Below are positions 10,801 to 18,833 of a stretch of 64,000 nucleotides of DNA, piece by piece. The stretch comes from a virus. The stretch spans positions 21,002-85,001 of IMG/VR virus record IMGVR_UViG_3300005077_000011; one strand, given 5' to 3'. The notes beneath the pieces are model-generated. The model was not told the origin of the DNA. It saw nothing but the letters and a program-made list of their open reading frames with translations, and did no database searches. The stretch's first letter is position 1; every line of letters begins with the position of its first letter. A program made the position numbers and the translations under genes.

Positions 10801-13800
10801 TAAGTGAAGCAAATATTAATTCTATTAGTACACTATTAATTAATTCTTCTGAAAATATTTCTGTAACAGAAAATAAACAATTGTCAATTAATGAATTAAC
10901 TATTTCAAAGTCAGAAGGAATTACAATTTCTGAACAAGTAGTTTCATTTGAACAATCTTTTCTCAGCGTGTTTGATTCAATTGCTATAGAAGAGTTTTGT
11001 GATGTTTATATTATTGAAGTTTCTGCAAATGAAGTAAATACAACAGAAAATATATCTATTTCTGAACAAAAGCAATTGTTGCTAACATCATTTTTGTCTG
11101 TCTCTGAAAGTATTTCAATAACAGAAAATAAAAGTATTTCAATAATTGATGTTTTGCCTATTGAACTTCAAGTATTTGAAAATATTTCAACAACAGAAAA
11201 TATTTATCAAAATATATCAACTTTAAGCATAAATTCTTCAGAAAGTATTTCTGTAAACGAAAATATACAAAGATATTGTTCTATAGAGTTTACAGTTTTT
11301 GAGAATATTTCATTAACAGAGAACAACAAATTTGAACTATTATGTTTTATTGCTCATTTAGAAAACATAAGTGTTAGTGAGCAAAACACAATAGAAATTC
11401 AGTCATTTATACTTGTTCAGGAAAATGTATCAATAACAGAAAATAAAAATTGTTCAATTAGTGATGAATCTATTTCAAAAGAAGAAATTATCTCTATAAA
11501 TGATTCTTCTTCAGTATATTTAGAAAATGAAAGCTTCTACCAAGTATTTGTTTTTGAAAATGTTTCTCTTTCTGAGAATATAGAAACATATGAAAATGTT
11601 ACAACTTCTGTCAATGATCAAGTAAGCATATCAGAAAATATAGAAACAGCATCAGGAAATATTAACATTATTGTTGATGAACAAATAAGCATAAATGAAT
11701 CTTCAGAATGTTTTATATATTATGCTTTATTTGTTTCTGACACAATTGCATTGTCTGAATCAAAAACACTTAATTATCCTCGTTATTGGGTAGCAGACGG
11801 AGGAAACTGGAATGACACAGCACACTGGAGTGCTCAGTCAGGAGGAACAAGCGGAGCCTCTGTTCCAGACGCAAATGCATTAGTTTACTTTGATGAAAAT
11901 TCTTTTGATAATATTAGCCAAACAGTTACAATTAATGCAACTGGCTATTGTAAAATATTAGATTTTTCTAATGTCACTAATTCTCCAACAATTGCAGGAT
12001 CATTTAATCTTAATTTATATGGAGATTTAACATTATCTTCAGAAACTACATTCACTCACACAGGACAATTCAGATTTAACAGCGATGCTGTTTTAACAAC
12101 AAATAATAGTTCTACATGTCCAAAAATACAAATATTGAATTCTTCAACTGTTGATTTAGTAGGCGATTATACAGAAGATTATTCAACAACTGCTATTCAA
12201 GTTTCTTTAGGAAGATTTAATGCAAACGGATACACTATATCAGCTTATTCTATAGATTTAGGTGCTTCAGGCACAAGAGTTTTAGATTTGACTGATTCTA
12301 CTGTTTATATTACAGGAACTGGTGGAACAACTATTTTATTTGCTAATTCATTTCCAACTAATGTTTCAATAATAACAACTAATTCTAATCTTGTATTTAC
12401 TCAACCAGTTTTGACAAATAGTTTTAGACCTGGAGGGGCAACTTTTAATGCAGTTGAAATTTATGGATCATTAAAAATTAATAGCAATTCAGGAACTTTT
12501 GGTAATTTTACATTAGCAAGTGGCGCGAATACTTTGTCTCTTGATAAAAACTATACTTATACTTTTACAGGAGATGTTAATCTTTCAGGAACAGCTGGAT
12601 ATAATAATTCATTAGTTTCTTCTGTTACAGACTCTCAAGCAACTATTTCTAAATCTTCTGGCATTGTTGTTGCTGATTATCTTAATATAAAAGATTCTAA
12701 TGCAACAGGAGGAGCAACATGGATTGCTGATATTCATTCAGTAAATGATGGAAATAATTCTGGGTGGATATGGACATTACAACCTTCAGTATCAGAAAAT
12801 ATTTCTGTAACAGACACACCTGAAGTTTTTGAAGGAGTAATAAGCTTCTATGAAGTTTCAGTTAATGAAGAAATAGCTTTAACAGATTCTGCTACAATAT
12901 TAATAGAAAATTATTGTGTTAATGTTTATGAAGAAATTTTGCTTACAGAAGAAATAAATGCAACTCTTGCTTATAATGTTTCTTCCGTAGAACAAGTATA
13001 CATAACTGACTATCCTCATCATTATAGAGACACAATATATGTTTATGAAAATATTAATCTTCATATGTATGAAGGTTCAATGCCTTCATTTATTGATGTA
13101 AGTGATCAGGTAAATACTTCAGAAAGTATTTCTGTCGAAAATTCTAATTGTTTTGTTTTTGCTTCAGAAGAAATATCATTGTCAGAAAATATTGCTTTTT
13201 ATAACAATATTAATCTTTTTGTCTACGAAAATATCTCAATAACAGAAAGCATTTCTTTTAACATTAGTTTAGAAATATTTGCTCAAGAAACTGTAAATAT
13301 AAATGAATATAAAAATGTTGAAATAATAATTTATACTGTTAATTCTGAGAGCATAACATTAATAGAAAACATAGAAACAAATATTGGTAATTTAAGTATT
13401 TTCTCATTAGAGAATATCAATATTTTAGATTCTTTGATTACTAATTTAGATAATATTGCTATTTATAGTTTTGATTCAATAAATATAAATGAATCAAATG
13501 ACTCTCAACTTAATGATTTAATTGTATCAGTTTTTGAGCTAATAACAATTACAGAAAATTATTCTAACTTTTTGAATTTAGAATTTTTCGTTCTTGATAA
13601 TATAACTGTCGAAGAAAATATTCTAATAAATGTTCAAGAGCTTTTGTCTGAAATAACAACTTCTGAAAATATTTCTGTAATAGATACTCCGCTTGCTTTA
13701 ATTCAAATTCCAAACGTTCCTCAGATTGTAGTTTCTGATTCAATTTCAATATCAGAAAACTCAATAGTTGAAGTAGATATCTACGGAATACTTGTTTCAG

Positions 13801-15095
13801 AAGAAATAATCGTTTCTGAAGATCCAAGAATAGCTTATGTTTGGTATATCTCAAAGGCTGAAACAGTTGTTCTTACTGAGAGCTTAGACATTTTATGGAA
13901 CGAAACAAGAAGTTTATCAACATATGATTATGTAGTATCAGCAGACTATAGACAGAATCTTATTACTAATCCTTCATTTGAAGTTAATTCTTATTGGGGA
14001 ACATATGCTGGTATAAGCACAGATTATGCTTTATATTCAACACATTCAGGAAAGTGTTCAGCAACATTTGTTAGCGGAGTTCGAGGAGCAAATTCTTATT
14101 TGAACACAAGTAGTCCATTTATTCCTATTCCAGGGAAAAAATACACTTTATCAGCAAATGTTTACATTCCAGTTGGAAGTCCTATAACAGGCGGCCTTTG
14201 GATGGGAATACGAAATTATGTTAATTATGGTGGTCTTGCTTCAACAACCATTCCAATAAATCCAGGAACTTGGACAAGAGTAAGTTGTTCATATACAGCA
14301 CAGCCTGGACAATCATGGAGATTTACAATAGCAGATCCTAATGCGGCAGGATTTACAGGAACAGTATATTACTATGTTGACGGTGTTCAACTAGAAATTG
14401 CTGATGATTTAACTGATTACATTGATGGAGCTCAAGAAAATTGTCAATGGGATGGAGCAGAAAATGCATCTACATCATCTACCTCATACGGAATAGCTTT
14501 AAATATAGATATTTCAATTAATATTTTTGAAGAAATATTGCTTGAAGATAATGTTTTAATGTTTGAAGATGTTCCTTCATTTGTTGAAGCAATAACACAA
14601 GATTCAATAGACATAGTAGATTATGCAAATATATCTCTTGGAAATCAAATAAATGTATCAGAAATAATTAATATTGATGAATTTACTTTAGAAGAATTTC
14701 CAATTTTAGTAATAACTCTAGATAATCTAGAGGTTTCTGAACAAATAATAGTTGACATTCCTACTTTAGTTAACATTTCTGAGGAAATTTCTGTCGAAGA
14801 AATAGTAAATGTAGGACGGTCTTTATTCTTAATAACATTTGAAACTATTACAATCACAGAATATACCAAGAGAGTCACACTCGCACATCCAAGCATTCCA
14901 GGCGTTTATCACGGAACAAAACTTGGAAAAAGAATTTATGACACAGACGATAAAAATCAAATGTGGAATAAAGAAGTAATAATAACAAGCATTAACACAC
15001 CAATAGCAAAACCTATTGCAACATTAATTACACCAAAAATTTCAACACCAGGAAAATCTAAAATATTCGGAGTTAAATTAGTAGAAAATGAATAG
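7809..15095 (+). CDS. Giant (2428 aa) repeat-rich virion or fibre protein
   Basis: Seven approx. 55-aa N-terminal repeats (FEFDT..IDTNHF..DG), dozens of xxENISxTE repeats, and inserted globular domains including a CBM-like NPSFE domain. Confidence 0.6.
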   Translation: MANWDITTAGSAFEFETTLMAHPTKPYVIDTNHFFVSYQGAASDGFASVFAVNTSTWAVTEAGTLEHDTQNQTWSSCVQIDTNHFAVWYLGSTTTTDAYVQTFAVNTSTWAITTSAARFLFDTDVGSHNDALWIEGTHYINFWTSASSDGFAQTFDINASTYVVTTSSAQFEFDTQNHTYGATAKIDTNHFIHFWLGGATTTDGTVQVFAVDTSTWAVSTAAALLRFDTDVGSWNACYKIDANHFINFWTGASGDGFTQVFTVNTSTWAVTTAAAQLEFDTQNHQTNSKYSVARLDDNHFLYVWAGPDTGASTNYDGFAQVFEVNTSTWVVTTAGAPFEFDTTEGEYNAISEIIAETTNKLLHIFVGSGNDGYAEVLSVEIPRSVNVSESITLSESTDLLVPISLNVRVSNSADIYAATSDAEFTRSESTWDSVHNAATSTGGYSATGDNTVQSQYDGSSTYSLGRYLANFDTSGISLNGNVIDSVIFNVRGSWQNGGVNLYIIPHTSNDLSNSSSYSSIDFTDCCSPFTLTQNVWSNITLNNNGIGNINLGGTTKFAIVTDDDFEDSTPTLSSYNSAFNSGDSANPPYITVNYFAYELVVISESVNIAITSDFEKSISVNDSITLTENKSVSISSSQVSVSETITLTEDKNGLIAIAASSFENISVTEDKSALIALLINVLGSATNTNWYDATATSSSVSMTDPDNGWTDNGAYAVFNALNDAVTYRIEADFGIPTNAVISGVEIKLNIKYTGAGLNREAGVKFTKNGGTNWSSQKTAEISDTTDYDETFGSSSDIWGRTWTPADFNNNVNLLVNISLNSFSVTSIDLDAVSMRVYYQTAGEGITLSESAGASVVTPPLDDNNASSFESISISESYSVAINNLSITASDSISISENKNSLVSDLLLSVFDSVTYNEFSILNISTILINVYENISLVDSSIITFVIQLSTSENVSITENYEVQSSTLQINSSESISISESKNAQIDILQILKEENIILSEANINSISTLLINSSENISVTENKQLSINELTISKSEGITISEQVVSFEQSFLSVFDSIAIEEFCDVYIIEVSANEVNTTENISISEQKQLLLTSFLSVSESISITENKSISIIDVLPIELQVFENISTTENIYQNISTLSINSSESISVNENIQRYCSIEFTVFENISLTENNKFELLCFIAHLENISVSEQNTIEIQSFILVQENVSITENKNCSISDESISKEEIISINDSSSVYLENESFYQVFVFENVSLSENIETYENVTTSVNDQVSISENIETASGNINIIVDEQISINESSECFIYYALFVSDTIALSESKTLNYPRYWVADGGNWNDTAHWSAQSGGTSGASVPDANALVYFDENSFDNISQTVTINATGYCKILDFSNVTNSPTIAGSFNLNLYGDLTLSSETTFTHTGQFRFNSDAVLTTNNSSTCPKIQILNSSTVDLVGDYTEDYSTTAIQVSLGRFNANGYTISAYSIDLGASGTRVLDLTDSTVYITGTGGTTILFANSFPTNVSIITTNSNLVFTQPVLTNSFRPGGATFNAVEIYGSLKINSNSGTFGNFTLASGANTLSLDKNYTYTFTGDVNLSGTAGYNNSLVSSVTDSQATISKSSGIVVADYLNIKDSNATGGATWIADIHSVNDGNNSGWIWTLQPSVSENISVTDTPEVFEGVISFYEVSVNEEIALTDSATILIENYCVNVYEEILLTEEINATLAYNVSSVEQVYITDYPHHYRDTIYVYENINLHMYEGSMPSFIDVSDQVNTSESISVENSNCFVFASEEISLSENIAFYNNINLFVYENISITESISFNISLEIFAQETVNINEYKNVEIIIYTVNSESITLIENIETNIGNLSIFSLENINILDSLITNLDNIAIYSFDSININESNDSQLNDLIVSVFELITITENYSNFLNLEFFVLDNITVEENILINVQELLSEITTSENISVIDTPLALIQIPNVPQIVVSDSISISENSIVEVDIYGILVSEEIIVSEDPRIAYVWYISKAETVVLTESLDILWNETRSLSTYDYVVSADYRQNLITNPSFEVNSYWGTYAGISTDYALYSTHSGKCSATFVSGVRGANSYLNTSSPFIPIPGKKYTLSANVYIPVGSPITGGLWMGIRNYVNYGGLASTTIPINPGTWTRVSCSYTAQPGQSWRFTIADPNAAGFTGTVYYYVDGVQLEIADDLTDYIDGAQENCQWDGAENASTSSTSYGIALNIDISINIFEEILLEDNVLMFEDVPSFVEAITQDSIDIVDYANISLGNQINVSEIINIDEFTLEEFPILVITLDNLEVSEQIIVDIPTLVNISEEISVEEIVNVGRSLFLITFETITITEYTKRVTLAHPSIPGVYHGTKLGKRIYDTDDKNQMWNKEVIITSINTPIAKPIATLITPKISTPGKSKIFGVKLVENE

Positions 15096-15155
15096 AGGCA
15101 ATTATAAAAGTAAAAAAGATCAAACAATGTTACAATAGCATTAGCAAGGAAGAAT

Positions 15156-16319
15156 ATGACAGTAAACAAAACTTTAACTTGGCAAATAACAGCTGGAACA
15201 GTAGATCATTATGAAATAGGAATAGCTACTACTTCAACTGCTACTCCTACGTATCTTCAAAGTACTACAGGAGCAGTTACTAGTGCAACAATTACATATG
15301 ATTCTACTGATTATCCAACAGCTTGGCTATTTATACGAGCTGTGGCAGACGACGGAACAACAAGTGATTGGTCTGATCCTATATCAGCAGAATCATTAGT
15401 TCCTACTTTTACTCCTCCTCAGGCTTATCAATATGCATATGCAAATGATGTAACAGACATTTTATCAGGTATTACAATTCCAGCATCAATTGTTACTCGT
15501 CAAATAAATAAAGCTTGTAGAGAAGCTTCAAGAAGAATTGACTCTTTGACAAAACGCCGATTCACAACTCAAACAGTAGTAGAAAAATATAATGGTACAG
15601 GAACAAGTTCTTTATTACTCAATCATTTTCCAATAACAAAATTAAATTACGTGAATGTAACAGACCATTCAGGTCTTACTATTATAAGAGAATATACTAA
15701 TTCTGACCTTGATCTTTCTGATTGGGAAACAGGAATGCTTCAATTAAAGCCTATCATTATAGATACAATTACTGATTCTTGGCAACAAGCAGCTTCTTTG
15801 CTTTATGGACACGTATTTTCAATGGGACGAAGAAATGTAGAAGTCTCTTATGAATATGGACATCTTTTTTATGTTGAAGCAGAAGAACTTCAATACTTAA
15901 CAACAGCTATTTCAAGCAGTACTGGAACAACAACAAGAACTTATCAAGCAGAGCATCATAATTGGTCAACGAACAATATTGCAATCTATCAAAACGGAAG
16001 CTTGCTCACAACAGGAGTCTCTGTTGACACGACAAAAGGTATTGTCTCTGTTGTTGATGGAGCTGAAGATGATACAATCACAGCTTACTATTATCATACA
16101 GTTCCTGCAGATATAGAAATTGCGACAGCAAAGCTTGCAGCAATTAATATTCTTAATCAAGTTGCTGGTAAAGCAACAGGAGGAATAACAGCATTTAGAA
16201 ATATGAATTATCAAGAGACTTATGGAACAAAACCTTATAATAGTATTCTTGATACTTTACAAAAAGATGTAGATCTTGTCATAGAGCGATATATGCGTTA
16301 TGATATAGAGGCAGTATAA
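15156..16319 (+). CDS. Head-tail adaptor/connector with an N-terminal FnIII-like domain
   Basis: ASRRIDSLTKRRF, NHFPI, VSYEYG, VPADIEIATAKLA pattern; lies before the stopper gene. Confidence 0.6.
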   Translation: MTVNKTLTWQITAGTVDHYEIGIATTSTATPTYLQSTTGAVTSATITYDSTDYPTAWLFIRAVADDGTTSDWSDPISAESLVPTFTPPQAYQYAYANDVTDILSGITIPASIVTRQINKACREASRRIDSLTKRRFTTQTVVEKYNGTGTSSLLLNHFPITKLNYVNVTDHSGLTIIREYTNSDLDLSDWETGMLQLKPIIIDTITDSWQQAASLLYGHVFSMGRRNVEVSYEYGHLFYVEAEELQYLTTAISSSTGTTTRTYQAEHHNWSTNNIAIYQNGSLLTTGVSVDTTKGIVSVVDGAEDDTITAYYYHTVPADIEIATAKLAAINILNQVAGKATGGITAFRNMNYQETYGTKPYNSILDTLQKDVDLVIERYMRYDIEAV

Positions 16320-16384
16320 ATTGAGAGTACTTATTTGCGCTGTAGGTTTAGCTCCTTTTCCTATAGCGCAATTAAGTATTATAT

Positions 16385-16729
16385 ATGTTAGGGTTAAATG
16401 ACACAGTAATAATTAAGTCAAAAGCTTATACCTCTGACAGTAGAGGCGGATCAACAGTGGCTCTTTCTGTTAAAATAGCTTCATTAACCTGCTCAATTCA
16501 ACCTATACGCCGAGAAGAGCTTTCTTTTGAATTTGAAGGACAAACAGTAATAGATCCAGCAATTATGATGTATGAGAATATTAGCTCGGGACCCTCAGTT
16601 GACATAGGAGACATCGTAGAGCACGGTAATGATAGTTATATTGTCGTGACAGTAGCAACTACATCAGGACTTGGGACTCACACTGAAGCTATATTAAAAA
16701 CTATCAATAGTGATTCTCATTTATCGTAA
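16385..16729 (+). CDS. Head-closure (stopper) protein
   Basis: 114 aa; YTSDSRGG, CSIQP, DIGDIV pattern; synteny. Confidence 0.55.
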   Translation: MLGLNDTVIIKSKAYTSDSRGGSTVALSVKIASLTCSIQPIRREELSFEFEGQTVIDPAIMMYENISSGPSVDIGDIVEHGNDSYIVVTVATTSGLGTHTEAILKTINSDSHLS

Positions 16730-17154
16730 TGGCAGAATTAACATTTACAGTTGATGCTAGCGGAGCAAAATACGTTCTTGATAATTTATCACGAACTATT
16801 TTCGATGAGATGTCAACAGCTCTTAGAAATATTGGACAACAGATAAAAGATACAATTGATACTGATTATAAAAGATCAGGCGGTTTACATCCTTCTTATC
16901 TTAATCCTTCTCCTTCAGGTCAAGGATTTACAGATAGGACAGGAATGCTTAGACAATCAATTCAATTTTGGACAGAAGAGTCTTCTGGTAAGTCTGTTGA
17001 ATATATAAGTGCTGGAATGGATTATGATAAATATGTAGAACTGCTTTGGGGTGGCAAGTATAGTTATATGCTTCCTTCTCTAATGCAGAATCAAGATTAT
17101 ATTTTAAATGAAATAACAGAAGCTGTATTAAGAGGAATTTCAAAATTTATATGA
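16729..17154 (+). CDS. Neck/tail-completion protein (HK97 gp10-like)
   Basis: DRTGMLRQSI, YDKYVE, YMLPSL motifs; synteny. Confidence 0.6.
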   Translation: MAELTFTVDASGAKYVLDNLSRTIFDEMSTALRNIGQQIKDTIDTDYKRSGGLHPSYLNPSPSGQGFTDRTGMLRQSIQFWTEESSGKSVEYISAGMDYDKYVELLWGGKYSYMLPSLMQNQDYILNEITEAVLRGISKFI

Positions 17155-17603
17155 TGTTAAGTAATATCAGCAAAAAAATCTATGAAGTATTAAGTCAAGA
17201 TGCTACCTTGACAGCTTTGTTGCCTAATATAAAAGATGGAACAAATATTTGGGAATTAAGAATGCCTGAACCAGTAGCTAATAACAAATTTCCAGTTATA
17301 GTATTTCGAATTGTTACAGCAACGCCTTTGTTAAGTGTTGAATCTTTAGATGCTCTCAATTGGTTTTTAGAAATTGATATTATTAATAACGATACATCAA
17401 TGACCGTTTCTCATCAGATCTTTGATCGAATATATCAACTTTTACAGTCAGCTAATTTATCTACAACAACTTCAAAAGTTTACAAGTGTAGTCTTGATTT
17501 CATGACAACAGAATATGATACAAGAATTTTAACTACATTTATTCTTTCTAGATGGCAAATATTCTCTCTTGATGCTCCTACTACAAAACTAAGCAATTTA
17601 TAA
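17151..17603 (+). CDS. Tail terminator protein
   Basis: IYEVLSQDATLTALL, FPVIVF, LEIDI; lies before the tail tube gene. Confidence 0.55.
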   Translation: MMLSNISKKIYEVLSQDATLTALLPNIKDGTNIWELRMPEPVANNKFPVIVFRIVTATPLLSVESLDALNWFLEIDIINNDTSMTVSHQIFDRIYQLLQSANLSTTTSKVYKCSLDFMTTEYDTRILTTFILSRWQIFSLDAPTTKLSNL

Positions 17604-17706
17604 CAATAATTGAACTTCCTTAAGAACAAGAAAGTTATAATAGAAATTGAACTGCATTAATATTAAAAAAATAGCAGAATTATACTTATACAGGAGGTGA
17701 AAACAT

Positions 17707-18231
17707 ATGGCAGTATTAGAACAAGTCGTTTTCGGTATTCAACAGTTAAAATTAACTCCTTATGCAGGAGGCACATCAGTGTATCTTAACAATCCAGAAG
17801 ACTTCTCAGTCGATTTGTCTGTTTCAGTTGAAGAGCTTTATGGCGGAACTAAAATTTTCGCAATAGCAGCTGGTATTAAAGACATGAAAGGAAAAATCAC
17901 TGGTTCATCAGCTACTCTTTCTCTTGACGCGATTCAGCTTCTTACAGGAACTGGAGCTATTACGTCTGTTGGAACTCCATCAGAAGACACTCTTAACCTT
18001 GTTAACACAATGGTTCCTTCTTATTGGAAGGCTGAAGCTAGAATTCAGATGAACACCGGAGAAGTAGTAACTTATGTATTTAATAGAGTACTTCTTACAG
18101 GATTTAAAATTGGTGGAAAAAGAGGAACATTTACTTTGATGGATTTCAATGCTATGATCTTAACAGATCCAGCAACAGGAAACGTTGGATATATCAAACG
18201 ACAACAAGTAAGCGGACAAGCTAACCCTTAA
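17707..18231 (+). CDS. Major tail tube protein
   Basis: Strong SD GGAGGTGA; beta-rich 174 aa; sits between tail terminator and chaperone genes. Confidence 0.65.
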   Translation: MAVLEQVVFGIQQLKLTPYAGGTSVYLNNPEDFSVDLSVSVEELYGGTKIFAIAAGIKDMKGKITGSSATLSLDAIQLLTGTGAITSVGTPSEDTLNLVNTMVPSYWKAEARIQMNTGEVVTYVFNRVLLTGFKIGGKRGTFTLMDFNAMILTDPATGNVGYIKRQQVSGQANP

Positions 18232-18282
18232 CTTAACTAGTTAATAAAAAGGAGCATTTATAAAAATAAAGGAGGTGAATTT

Positions 18283-18624
18283 ATGGACTATATACTTTAC
18301 TCAACACCAGTAAAATTAAGAAACATGGAAATCATGGTTCCTCCAATAAGCATGTATCATATGAAACGTTTATTGGAAATTAGAGATAGTGGAGTAAACT
18401 TAGATAATCCTAGTTATGAAGATCTTAGCAAGATTCTTCATTTAATTGGAGATATTATTCGAGAAAATCATCCTGATCTCAAGGATGAGGAACTTGAGAA
18501 ACAAATGGATGTTGCATCTTTAAAAGATGTGATGACCGCAATTCAAGGATTACCAAAAAATTCGATAGCTCAGACTGGGACGCAGACGAGCCCGGCTCTG
18601 GGCAGCGAGAAGACAGAGAATTAA
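18283..18624 (+). CDS. Tail assembly chaperone (G-like)
   Basis: Between tube and tape measure genes; slippery heptamer near the 3' end. Confidence 0.75.
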   Translation: MDYILYSTPVKLRNMEIMVPPISMYHMKRLLEIRDSGVNLDNPSYEDLSKILHLIGDIIRENHPDLKDEELEKQMDVASLKDVMTAIQGLPKNSIAQTGTQTSPALGSEKTEN

Positions 18625-18833
18625 AGATAGAACATGTTAATAATATCTACTTTAATTTGTCTTCTACTTTACATTTCTCGCCTGATGTAATCGACAAAAT
18701 GAAACTTTACTTAGCAGTCATTTATATGCGAAGACTTAAAAAAGGAGGTTTCTTTGGAAAAGAAAAGAAGGAATCTTTTGGTTCTTTAGGAGAATTTACA
18801 AAATTCTTCGGAACTGAAGTGAAAGAAGAATAA
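18555..18833 (+). other. Programmed -1 frameshift site and extension giving a GT-like chaperone of about 183 aa
   Basis: A AAA AAT at 18555-18561, 6-nt spacer, hairpin 18568-18603; -1 frame open to TAA 18831-18833, which overlaps the tape measure ATG. Confidence 0.85.
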
